Shown piece after piece: positions 38,386 through 50,891 of a stretch of 64,000 bases of DNA (position 1 is the stretch's first letter; every line of letters starts with the position of its first letter). The notes beneath the pieces are model-generated. The model did not search any database, had not been told where the DNA came from, and saw only the letters and a list, made by a program, of their open reading frames with translations. The DNA comes from Paraspadella gotoi (taxonomy: Eukaryota > Animalia > Chaetognatha), in contig CM119268.1 of NCBI GenBank assembly GCA_051294375.1, positions 21,906,010-21,970,009 of the forward strand, given 5' to 3'. Made by a program: the position numbers and the translations under genes.

Positions 38386-40059
38386 AAAACGCCGAAATCC
38401 CGGTGGCGAAAGTAAATTTTTCTATTTTTTATTCGATATAATCATTACCAGGTGTTGAAGTTAGGGGTAGATTTGATCCGTTTGGAAGCTCAAATAGTTA
38501 GGCGAAAACGACGACGATAACAAAGACGACGAATACAACGACGAAGATGAAGTCTTTTTACTTTGCGGCCCGTAGGGTCAGCGGGAATGACCATTCGACC
38601 ATTGGGCCTGAAATAAATTGTTATGGCTGACCTTTTTTCAGCCAATGTAAATACGTAGTTGTGGTTGTTATTTTTTTCCGTTCTTTGATTTTTACTCTTT
38701 TTTATTAATATTATGGTGATAAAATCCACCAACCTTCATCAGCGGCCATGGTGCCGGAGGCAATTCATTCGCCTTCAAACAAAGGTCCGGGGTAAAAAAG
38801 GACGGGGCTCTGAGACGCCTGTAACCGGTGTACAGCCTGATCTGAAGCTCCGGACTGCTAACATTGAACGGTTCTGTCACTATCATATAACAATTGTTAT
38901 TTTCTCTTCAATATACGTTTTACTTATCACACAAAAAAAACCGCCTCAAGTTTTTCAAAATAATCGTTATTTGAGTCACCGCACCTGGTACTTTCCTTTG
39001 TCGCTACTCGGACAATTACCCTTTTATTATTAGTTAACATTATTATGTTAACATTATTTACAGTTTGTCTTTTGTTATTCTTTGGTAAACAAAGGAATAA
39101 GATGTAGTTAAAAAGATTCAGCGGTTTTTATTTAAATATTTTCTGTATTTAGTCTCACCTGTAGAAGACGAAACAAGTTTATAGTTATTACTGCATCTCA
39201 TTTTACTATTAATTTACCGATCACTTATTGTTTATCCATTGTTCATTTATTGTTAAATTAATTGATTGATTGATTAATATTGTTGATATTTACTTATTGA
39301 ATATAAGCTCTGTTTATTTTATTAAGGTACTTTTTATTTGATGAACCAAGTAAGTTTGTTTTTGCAATTTCACATCGAAGCTTAATAAACAATTTGGCAA
39401 AGCTTAATAAACATTCTGATTGTGCTACTAACGACGTCCAAATCAGCCCTTCCAGTCTCTACGCCCAATCAAGACGAAATCAATCAATCAAGCCAGCCAT
39501 CTACAGGGGTAGTTAAGGTTAGGGGGTAGTTAGGGTTAAGGGTGGTTACGGGTTAAAGGGTGGTTGAGGTAAATTTTTAAAATCCATTTCTCTTTTCTCT
39601 GAAACAAAAACAAAATTTCGTTTGTTCTCATAAGGCAAAAAAATCACCGACCGGGAAGATCCAAAACAGTGAATGTAAAATTTTACCTATTAGTGCTATA
39701 ATGAAAAATTCGAGACCTCAAATCTATGGTGGACAATCTTGTAAGGAAGATAGACATTAGACAGTCCCTCCTTACCCCCGTCCTTCGCTAACCCGCTTGA
39801 GAGCCGCCAACCCCCATTCAATAGAAATATCTCCTGCTGGCGACGGCTCGAAAGCCTTTCTACCAGAATGCCTCGTCTTGGAATCGCGAAATTGAGCAAC
39901 CCCTGCTAGCAACAGAATCCCGCCCTCCACTCTGGCGCGTTAACGATCAGCCACACTTCTATTTTGTATTGAAAACTTGTCGTTTAATTAAAATTATATC
40001 TTTAGTAATAAAATTACTCGTTTTTTGAAGGTAACGAACAGTCCCTCGATTTTTTTCAC

Positions 40060-42281
40060 CTGCAGTATGTAGCTATACTATCCGCTTTGTTGTAGCAGAA
40101 GAGTCCGTGAAGACATACCGCATAGATGCCAGCTTTGCACGTTGCGCAGCCTTTAATTGTGTCAGATGGTATCGGGTAAACCCAAGTCAGCGAATTGCAG
40201 GGCCACCTGTTGGCGATTCCGTATTATTCGCGGCGTATTCAGGATTGAAAGCATCGTAAGTAACTGACGTCGTGGACCGTTTTTTTTCTCGATCCTGTTT
40301 TGGAATATATCGAGTAATAAGAATAAAGAGATTGTTCCAAATTTCAATTTTGATAAACTAACCCGAGACCCGCGATTTCATTTTCTCATCAAAGTCGAAA
40401 AACCAAATTCCAGGAGAGTCAACGTTGGTGCCGCTCAAGATATCGTCCGCCGATTTGTCGATTACATTAGAGACTGGTCTTGAAACACCAAACTTAAAAA
40501 ATGAAATCGAACGTTATTATGGCTAAGATTTATTAATACGTCTGCGAACCACTCGAATTGAGAAAGTGGCTACGGAGAGAGCCGCCTGCGATGTAACCGG
40601 GTGCGAGATCTTCCATCGACTGGTTTAAGTAGATTTGAACCTTTGACGCGGTTTAAGCTATGCCTAAGTTAGCCTAAGTCAGGCTTTGTCACGTTATGAA
40701 GAAGGGTCACTCCGGGATCGAACACTGAACGTGTCGTTTATATGTTTCCCCATTGACCAAAATAACCCATGGATTGCCAATAAAATGATAAAGGGATGGT
40801 TTCTACGGTTTTTCAATCTTCTCTTAGACATCTTAAATTTTGCATTGAAGTACATATACGTTATATAAGTAATGAAGAGACAGTAATGATTGTTATGTAT
40901 TAGTGACAGATCCGTTCAATATAAGCAGTCCCTGAGCTTCGGATCAGGCTGTAACACCGTGTTACAGGCGGGTTAAGCGCCCGTCCCTCTAACTGCTAGG
41001 CGACCAAGGGGTAGAACCCCGGACCTTTGGTTTGGGAGGCGAATGACTTGCCTGTGGCAGTGTGGCAGTCCACCATAGTACATATTATACATTAATACGT
41101 TATTATACAAGTATCCCTACCATAATAGAGCTTTCCGTCATTTGTTTGGTTTGAGTATTAATGTAGAGAAACAAAACCCCGAATTCTTCTCCGTGAAGTT
41201 CGTCCACAGAACAACTTGGATTTGAAGATTCCGCTGCAAAGATGGAGAAAATGAAAATATTATAATACATAGGAGAAAATCTTTTTTATTTCATCTGAAT
41301 CTTTAATTTTTTATTTCGTCTCACCCGAATGGACAATCGTGATTCCACTCAACCACCATGGCTTCGTCGGGAAGAAATTCGTGAACATGACTTTTTTTAA
41401 TCTCATCGGATATTCGTTCCGACAACGGACTTTCTGAAATTTGAAATCATTCGTAGTTGTTTAGTTTAACTTTGGTGCCATCTAGTAGTTCAATGTTTGA
41501 CTTACTCTGAATGACGGCGTATCGGAGCCTGACCTCGCAACCATTTTCCAGATTGCTTTGCCACCAGGGCGCGATCAGAGGTGACGGTTGCGTCCCCTCG
41601 TCGGTCCCGAGGGCGTCTTCCGCCTCGTTATCCATTTCGCTTTGTGACGCCGAATCAGTCGATGGTCGCTTGAGAGTCATCAGTCCGTCCCGCTCGATCT
41701 GCAAGGAAAAATTGTGCTTTTTTTTAATAACTTTTTGTTTGCTTCCGATGGGATGGTCAAGATTTAGAACTGTGCCATGAGTTTTTATGTCTCGTTTTCA
41801 TAGTAATCGGAACAATTCTACCATACTTAATAACAATTGCACATTCATAGCGTTTCAAGGCGTAGTTTAGTTATTACGGCTGATAAATCTCTCTCTCGCT
41901 ATTGTAATTCCATCTGTTGGTTCGAAGCGATATTATATTCCAATAGCCATGCACGACTCACTTTTAACTCATTGTATTTCCTCCCATCAAAGAACGCGCC
42001 GCCCGACATCCTCAAAGTCATCGATTCATTGTCGACGTCTTGAAAATTCTCCAGGTGCAACATCGGAATTTGGCTAAGGGTTTGAGTCGCGACGATCGAA
42101 GCGCATGAAGCGACGAGGATCGACGCGACGACGAAACGTTGCGGCGATCGTCGCCACGAATCGTCGAACGCCGCCGAACGTGAATTTTGTGAGGAAGCGG
42201 CGTTTGTTTCTTTTGTCTCGGATCGAGTCGATTTCCTTCTCCGTTTATCGAGGGCGTCGTATTCGATGCTTTTGTGGCCAT
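40060..42281 (-). CDS. NIDO-domain extracellular protein, 5' exons (copy 1; contains indels)
   Basis: Combining both copies: signal-like FVVASILVASCASIVATQ; FFDGRKYNELK|IERDGLMTL; LIAPWW; EFLPDEAMVVEW; LQIQVVLWTN...VLFLY; GTNVDSPGIWFFDFD. These follow NIDO motif order, then furin-like RKKRS and a Cys-rich module. 3' continuation unresolved. Confidence 0.72.
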
Positions 42282-45200
42282 GTTTTTACAACCGCTTTTA
42301 TATTTTCGATCGATTACTATTTATTATTTTCTCCACGTAAGTCTGGATTTCATAAGACTCGCGTTTATTGCTCAGTAAATTTCTTTGTTTTTTTTTCCAT
42401 TTCTCAGAGGCAATTATTGAAAAGTCTTTTCTTTTTACTACCTTTTCCTGTTTATCTTTTTTTTGATCGGCTAAGATTGGCGTGGTGGACGGAGAAGCGA
42501 CAACAACAACAACCCAAATGACTTGACAACGGGAAACACGATAACAACAAAAAACTCGAATCTGCCCATAATCATGGGATATCTTTTCTCTCCCTTTCTT
42601 TCTCTCTCATATATTGCGTGCGTGTGTCGGAGGAACCGGGATATATATCCTGTCTAGTTAAATTGTCAAATGACGTTTTATAATTAAAAAAAAATAAAGA
42701 ATTTCATGGGAAATTGGTTTGAAATCTATATTGTTTCAAATTCAATAATAAAATATTACTTGCGCGGTAATGATCAACAGTAAAATATTCTGGAAAAAAA
42801 AAACAAAACAAAAGATAACGTCTTCCTTTGGGTTTGTTAATATTTGATATTAATCATCTATCAAGGCTTTAAGTTTATTGCCGGTTAACATATTAAAACG
42901 TTGTACCTTAAGAAACAGACACACTTTTTTTTTGCGAGCAAGAAATAAGTTTAGGAAAGCCGCGAGAAAGCCTTTTCCTAAGAATAAATGGTAAATATGT
43001 ATATATGTATATTGAAATCATGCACGTTATTTTGTCGGGAATTAGGATTCGTATTGCATTCATAAATTAAATGAAGAGTGTTGTTACATCCTCAAATAGT
43101 TTCAGAAAAAAATATTTGTAAAAAAAAAAANNNNNNNNNNNNNNNNNNNNNNNNNTTAAACGGTAAGTTAAGGGTGGTTAGGGTTAGGGATTAGGTGTAG
43201 TTTGAGTAAGGGGAGGTTTCGAAATGAAATTTGTGATACAAAGATTTTCTANNNNNNNNNNNNNNNNNNNNNNNNNTCGCTTCTTATGAGCGACATATAG
43301 AAATCTTGCCACGCAAAAATAAATGACCACTGGTCAAAAGTAGAAAATCTTTGTATCACAAATTTCATTTCGAAACCTCCTGTTACGAAATAACTATCTC
43401 TAATATTTCCGAGTAAAATCCAGCTTCTCTACCTTTTCCCCGTTGCTCTTTTGCTCTTTATTACTGACATCGAAAATGCCACCGTTCTAGCGATCGACAC
43501 GACATCTTTAGGCTCTCTCTTTTGTTTATACTTAAGTACAGAATTCCGAAGGCAGTGTACAGCTGATTCTGATTGGTGCCCGTGATTTCGATGGATTTCG
43601 ATTAAGATTCTTATCGAATTCTGACCACAGTGGCGTCTTCAGATCTCAAAGTTGTCACTGGGTTTTTAGTTCTTTTCAGAGCTTATTTAGACTCTATCAG
43701 ATATCTCGAATCTTATTTTTTGTGTGATCGCTGGTTTGGTGGACTTTTCTATGAAGAGAAGCATCTCTTTTGGTTAATATTGGCTTCAGAAACAAGTAAG
43801 AAAAGACACTTTAAATTTATATATATTTGCTGAGTTTGTACTAAATGTTTTGTTATTCTTTGCCCAGGACTTCTAACTACTTCTTCTTCGACTTCTTCAG
43901 ACTTACATCATACATCTGTCAAGTCCTGGGCTTCGTAGATAGTCGTCATTTCGGCCTTAGCCGACGTCGTCTTACTGAGACTTTGTCGTCAGCATCTCCA
44001 GGGCGTCTGGACCGGCGCCATCGTCTCTTCTGCGCCATTTTATACCCGATTTCATTTGGTCTTCAATGCGCAGAATTAGTCCAGTCAGTTAGAATTCAAA
44101 GACGCCACTTCTCCGAACTTAGTTCAATACACCTCCCCTTACTCAAACTACTCCTAATGCCTAACCCTAACCACCCTTAACTTACCGTTTAAAAATATAA
44201 TATGGTGGACAAAATCCACCAACCGTTCATCAGCGACCATTGGTGCCGGAGGCAAGTCATTCGCCTGATCCGAAGCTCAGCGACTGCTTATATTGAACGG
44301 TTCTGTCATTAACACATAACAATCATTACTGTCTTCTTAAATAACATAAAAATATTATTTTCATTTTTGTTGCGTTATTTTAAGGTAGAAAATGAATTGT
44401 TTATGTACGAGTTTTATTCAAGAAATATAAATTTCGGACATATTCCAGCTTCAATGTAAGCTTTCATAAGCCCATAACGAATTGATTTGTGAAAACAATT
44501 TTTTCCAAACTTTCTCTCTTCAAACGTTGTGAAAATATTTGTTTCACAAGTCAATTTGTTTTTGCGCTGATGAAGGCTTACATTTGAAGTCCAAAATTTA
44601 TGTTTCTTAATAAAACTCGTTGTACGTTAAGTCGTTAAACAAACAATTCATTTTCTATCTCAAATATAAAAATATTAATAAATTAAACAATTATTACTTA
44701 TTATAAAATTTAAAAAAATTGTATATTACTGAGCAAACTGAAACTCGACGCTAGAGGGAAAAAAATTAAATGATTAACAAAGCACCGACCGCTGGTACCT
44801 AAAGTTAGTTGCGGACGTGAATAGCAAAATATCCTTGAAAGGTTTATTTTTACATTCACCGACCGGAATTTTGCGGTCGGTTATTTTTTTTCGCTTTTTA
44901 TGAGCGATGTATATAGAAATCCTTTACGCAAAAATAAAAAAAAATACAGGTAAGGAAAAAAAAACTTTTTTATTACAAATTCCTAACCAACCCTAACCCA
45001 ATTGTAAACCGTTTAAAAAATATAACACAAAAATCTTAAAAGCAATCGCATAAAGAAAAATCTGGATTGACGACAAATTTTGATACTAAAAAAAATAAAA
45101 TTTGAGAAATGAAAATTAATTTATAAACAAGAAAAAAAATTATATTTTGCGATTGTCAAAAAAAAAGAAAAAAAATTGTCAAATAAACTAATCAGCAGAC

Positions 45201-45743
45201 GCAGTCCCTAAAAAAAAAACGAGAAAAAAAAAGAGAGAGAGAGAGAAAGAAGCCAAATCGTTTTCGGACAAATCAGCAACGGCAGCAGCAGAGGCAGCCA
45301 GACAAAAGAAAGAAATCAAAAGGCAGCAGCAGAAAGCAGAGGAGAAAGAGAGAAAAAAGAAAGAGCCCCTGCAGAGCCAGTTGCAGACTCAAAAGGCAGC
45401 AGCAGAAGCAGCAGGAGAAAAGAGAAACGAATAAGCCCTGCAGAGCCGCTGCAGACTCGTTTTTTTCCCTTTCTCTATGAATCTAGGGAAAGGAGAGAGG
45501 GAGAGAGACATGTAATTAAAAGAGAAAAGAGAGAGAGAAAGAAATATAAAAATAAAAGAGATAATTTGTTTGTTTTGATAAAATGTAAACAAAACATATT
45601 TAATAACTGTCCAGACTCAATTTTAAGCACATCAATGATGAGAAGCGTTATAAAATTCAGCTTCATACACCCAAATTTAATCATAAAAAAGGCGATCTAT
45701 AAATTTGGAACGCCGACAACAACGACGCCGCACTGTATGCGCA

Positions 45744-46093
45744 TAAGGCGGCAAATTCATTTTTCTTATTTTAAATCTTTCCTCTTCATGATCTCAACTT
45801 TGAATCATTGTTTTGCACTAGCTTAAATATATACAAATGGAATTTAAAAAAATATAGCATTAAGAGATGAGAATAGCTTTTATTTTGAAGAATTTAAAAA
45901 CAGAAGTTAAAATAATTTTGTGGAGAATTTTATTTTTAATATCAATACAAATTATGTATTACCACTAACTTTAAAGCCTATCAACATAAAAAATAAACAA
46001 AAATTTTCTATAGTTATAAACAAGTTGGGCTAAATAGTATTTATTTATCATCTTGTCACATATATTATGAGCTCTAGGGTTTCAATGTGGCTA
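45744..46093. mobile_element. hAT-like MITE, polymorphic
   Basis: Flanked by ATGCGCA duplication (7-8 bp); TA(A)G...CTA ends; absent at 35620-35630. Confidence 0.7.
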
Positions 46094-48639
46094 ATGCGCA
46101 AAAGCGCTTCGTTTGCGACGATAAAGAATTTGTTTGTTTGTTTGTTTACGTAAAACAAATTTTTATAGAAAAAATTTCGGCTTTAATGTAAACCTTCATC
46201 AGCGCAAAAACAAATTAACTTATAAAAAAATATTTTCACAGACTTTGTGAAAAGTTTGAAGAGAGAAAAAAAGAGTCAATAAAATATTTGTTTCACAAAT
46301 CAATTCGTTTTTGCGCTGATGAAGGCTTACATTGAAGATGAAATATTTCTTTATAAAACTCGTACCTAAACACTAAAAATAAATAACAATTAAAATAAAT
46401 TTGAAACAATTATTTATTATAAATTCTAAAATTTGTATTACTGACAAAGAATAATGTATATGTATTGCGCAAAGTAAGACTCGACACTAGAGGGAAAAAC
46501 AAAAATGGATTAAAAGCACGCGTTGCGGACGTCGAATAGTAAAGTTACCCCTTGAAATTTGAAGTTGACGCGTCTTGCAATTCTTTAGATTTTTAATTTG
46601 TTCTTTGTTGTAGTATTGTTTTGTCTTTCCAGGTTAGTTGTTCTTTTAGTTTTTTGTGGAATTTTTCTTGAAGCTTTGTTGAGTTCTAGTACTTGGGTTT
46701 TCGAGATGTTTTTTAGTTTTTTGGATTTTCGACTTTAGGTTTTCCTGCATAAGAGAGCGACATACGTAATGTAAGATCGAGTCCTATTACTCTTCTCATT
46801 CATTTAATCAATCAATTGACTTATAGAATCGACGAATACGACGTTCTCTCGCACTGGATGTACCTTCGTGCCCAGAACAGCGGAAGCCTAGGGCGATTGT
46901 CCCTGCTGTATCGGTGGTGGAAAAACATGCATGAGAAAAGATGAAGATTATGGCGGTCTTGACGTGATACAAGATAACCTCCGATATTGCGTGGAATCCT
47001 GCAGCGATTGTTCACAGATTTGGGTAAGGTTAACGTGGAAGGGACCGCAGCATATATTTTTGAAGAGAATTGAAGCAAAAACACGTTTTTCAAAAAATAT
47101 CCTATAGTTTTAGCTTTATATAGCTATATATAACTAGGAACGTAATTATTCTTAGTTTTTTACATTTTATTATTATCAAATTTCCTCAACCGGATTCGTG
47201 TATATAATTTCAGCCAACAATACTGGTAAATATAAACATCTATTATAAAACCAACTAACGCGCTTATATAAGTGTTTTAATGATCAATACGACAAAAATT
47301 AATTTTAACAATACTTTATAATCTCAATTACAAAATATGAAAGATTAAAAAACTTTGAACTTGCAAACAACTAACGCTAATTATCGTCAATGTTTATTGC
47401 TTGCTTACCATAACCCGTTCAATCACAAAATTTTTTAATTATAGGTTCCGCTTACAATCACTCTTTTAGACCATGGAATCTGAACTTAAATTACGATCAT
47501 CTCTTATGATCTCATCTCCTGCAATTGCTACCTGCAGCATCCTTATAAATGGCCCCAATCGATTCGGCTTGAGCGCACGGTTTCCCGACTAGAGTCGTAG
47601 TTATTCCTAATATTCCTATTCTCAATAGCCTTCTTATCAATATAACATACTGCTAAGGAACATTACATATTTAGTAATGGTTTTAAGCACTGTAAAACCG
47701 GCGCAGAGACAAATTCAACCAAATTTGCATTTTTTTTTAGTAGTGCAGCGTATTGTAAGAGTATGAAAAAAATAAAACCTATGTCAGAAGAGAAAACATC
47801 AATGATTATCTTAATGTATTAAACATTCAATAAATTTGCTTATAAAATCTGATGGTAAATATATTCTAAGTTTGGAATCACTACCCTGTAGCTTTTTTTT
47901 ACTACATTTTATTCTTATAAACGCATATTTTTCTCGCAATCATTTTATACAGTAATATAATAGTAATAGAAATCGGTTCCTCACAGATTTACATGGATTT
48001 TCAAGCTTAGCCGGGAGTTTAGATAGATAAAATTCTTTACGTTTGAAAACCCATCTCTCTTGAGATTTGGAGATATTTAAATCCTTTAGTATGTCTAAGA
48101 AGAGAAAGGAAAAAATAGAAGCACAATTTGAAGTAATTCGCACTCTTCCATATTTTACGCCTTTTTTAAAATTTAATATAAGCCACGGCGACGGAAGCAC
48201 CTTCGAACAACCACTGAAGGCCCAACGGAAACCACGTTCACCACACAACCTCCCACCAACATACTCCAGCACCCACGTGATGCTTCGGGGAATCCTCTGA
48301 CCCAAAGCGAAGGGCCGACGGATAGAGTCCACCTCAGCTGGACCGCTAACCACAGCAGAGTCTGAAAACTACAGCTTCCCACCAACTCTTAGAACGCGAT
48401 TCCCGGCAGTAACCCACGATTACGTAGTAAGTTGATAGCTTAAACTAATGTTTGAAAGTCGTTTGCGCTGAACAAGTTTTGAGCAAACAATAGTCGGATC
48501 TGCCGCAACGATCTAAAGCGGTAATTATTAATGAATTAATTAATGCATAACTAAAATAAATAAAATGTTAATTTGATTATAAAATTAATTAATTTGATCC
48601 GAAATGTTTTGTTTTTAGGTCTTTTTGTTACTGTACCAC

Positions 48640-49263
48640 TAGGAGCGGCCAAAATTGAACACGTTTTTATAACTTTTAATCTCTCAAAAAAAATTCCTTT
48701 TTCCTTCTAATTACTCAATCGAATTTCAATGCCAAACTTTTTGAATTAGTTCATTGGTGTTGCACTGAAGCTTTTAAATATTTTATTAATATATATACAA
48801 ATGACAAAAAATTTTTTTTAAAAAATTAGTTTTTAAAGACGGATTCCTATAGAGCTTGAAAAGGTTAAATTGAAAGTTAGTACTCAATATTTTTTTAAAA
48901 ATTTTGACAAGAAATTGGTTAAAACAGAAAAAACGTTAAAAATATTATCATCATCATCATTGGATGAATTTTATAGTTTTTTAAATTTTTTATCAATAAA
49001 AAAAAATTTTAAAAATTTGTATTAATAACCTTTATCTATAACTTTTAAAGCTCTATAGAACCAATGTAAAAAAAATTGAATAAATTCAAAAAAAAATTTT
49101 AACTTTATATAGTAAATAAAATAATCTTTAAATGCTTCCGTGGGCGCTTATTAATAAGAATAATTTTTTTAAAATTATTTTTATTTCATATTCTCTAACA
49201 GTTCACTTTAGTCATTATTTAATTTGAGAGAACTTCTAGTTTTTTCAAACCTGTTCCGGCCTA
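48640..49263. mobile_element. hAT-like MITE (~620 bp), polymorphic
   Basis: TAGG..CGG / CCGGCCTA ends; ~8-bp duplication CTG(T)ACCAC; empty site at 33118-33128; second copy at 50259-50891. Confidence 0.8.
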
Positions 49264-50258
49264 ACTGACCACGTCGTGAGTAATTGGCGTTCCAAGATAG
49301 ATGAAATGAAGATTTTTTTGTTTTTTCCATTTAACTAAATTTCCACTCACACAATCCATCGAAACTTCATATCCAGCTAATCACACATTTTTCCTTCCCA
49401 CTCAACAAAATTTCATCACCAATCCCATTCCATCAATCAACAGAGTAATTAGAGTTTTTGCTAAGGGGGGACGGGACGGGACGGAACGGACATTTTTTTT
49501 GCATAATTTATATAATTGAGTTCCTGATATGATAATGATTTACGACCATATTTTTGGGTGGGGACCGACAAAGTGAATTATCGAGTCGGCAATCTGCTGA
49601 TAAGCAGACCGACTAAAAAGAAAAGGAGATATAGAAATAAGAAAGTATATGCAAATGTTGTTGTTTTGATAAAAACATAAACAAAACGTATTTAATAAAA
49701 GTCTTCAACCAATTTAAAGGACCTCGTGATGAGAAGCTGTAATATTAAATTCTGCTTCCATACAACCCAAGAATTTAATCTTCAAAAAGGCGATCTATAA
49801 AACGCCAAATGCGATTGCGACGTAAAAATTAATATAAATTAATTTATTAATTATCTGATCAGAGCTGCTTACCCGTCCAATGATCGTGGCAGATCCGGCA
49901 TTGTTTTTTTGCCCCATAATTTATCATAATTCGATGTTCTGCATATATAAGTGATGGGCCCAGAATGCAAGATTGAAAGGGGCGTACCGGAAAAGGATCG
50001 CGACAAAGTCGAAATTTATAGAGTCGGGTCTGCTTGATAAGGCAGATCCCGACTTATAAATCCATGGTACTTTTATAATTGAGATTTCCGTTTACATCTT
50101 ACTACCAAAATATACATAATATTTATGCACACGGGTAAAAAATATTATGCTGAGTATCAAAACCATAGATCCTATAAATCAATAATGCTTTTGTCCTGAA
50201 AAGCGAGTTAACTTTTTTTTTAAAATTGAAAATAAAAAACTAGAATATACAATAATAT

Positions 50259-50891
50259 TAAGGCGGGCCAAATGTGAACACTTTTTTATAACTTTAATTC
50301 CTCTAAAAAAATTCCTTTTTTCCATTCTATTACTCAACTCGATTTTCAAATGCAAAGCTTTTTGAATTAGTTCATTGGGTTGTTGCACTGAAGCTTTAAA
50401 TATTTATTAATATAGTAAGCAATACAAAAAATTTTTTTTTTAAAAAAATTTAGTTTTTAAAACGGATTCCTATAGAGACTTGAAAAGTTAAATGAAAGTT
50501 AGTACTACACATTTTTTAAAATTTTGACAAGAAATTGGTTAAAAACAGAAAAAACGTTAAAAATAATATCATCAGCCCATCATCATTGGATGAATTTTAT
50601 AGTTTTTAAAATTTTTATCAATAAAACAAAAAATTTTAAAAAATTTTGTATTAATAACCTTATCCTAACTTTTAAAGCTCTATGCAGAATCCATTAAAAA
50701 AAATTGAAAAATTACAAAAAAAAATTTTTTAACTTTATATAGAATAAAATAATCTTTAAATGCTTCCGTGCACTTATTAATAATAGACTAATTTTTATAA
50801 ATTATTTTTATTTTCATATCTCTAAACATACACACTTTATCATTATTTATTTGAGAAGAATTCTAGTTTTTCAACCTGTTTTCCGGCCATA
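50259..50891. mobile_element. Second copy of the 48640 hAT-like MITE, polymorphic
   Basis: Colinear with 48640-49263; AT-rich ~8-bp flanking duplication; absent at ~31600-31620. Confidence 0.8.

Larger units (their letters stand above)
38081..43130. repeat. Segment B (direct copy at 53613-58506)
   Basis: Near-identical colinear sequence ending at an N-gap. Confidence 0.95.
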
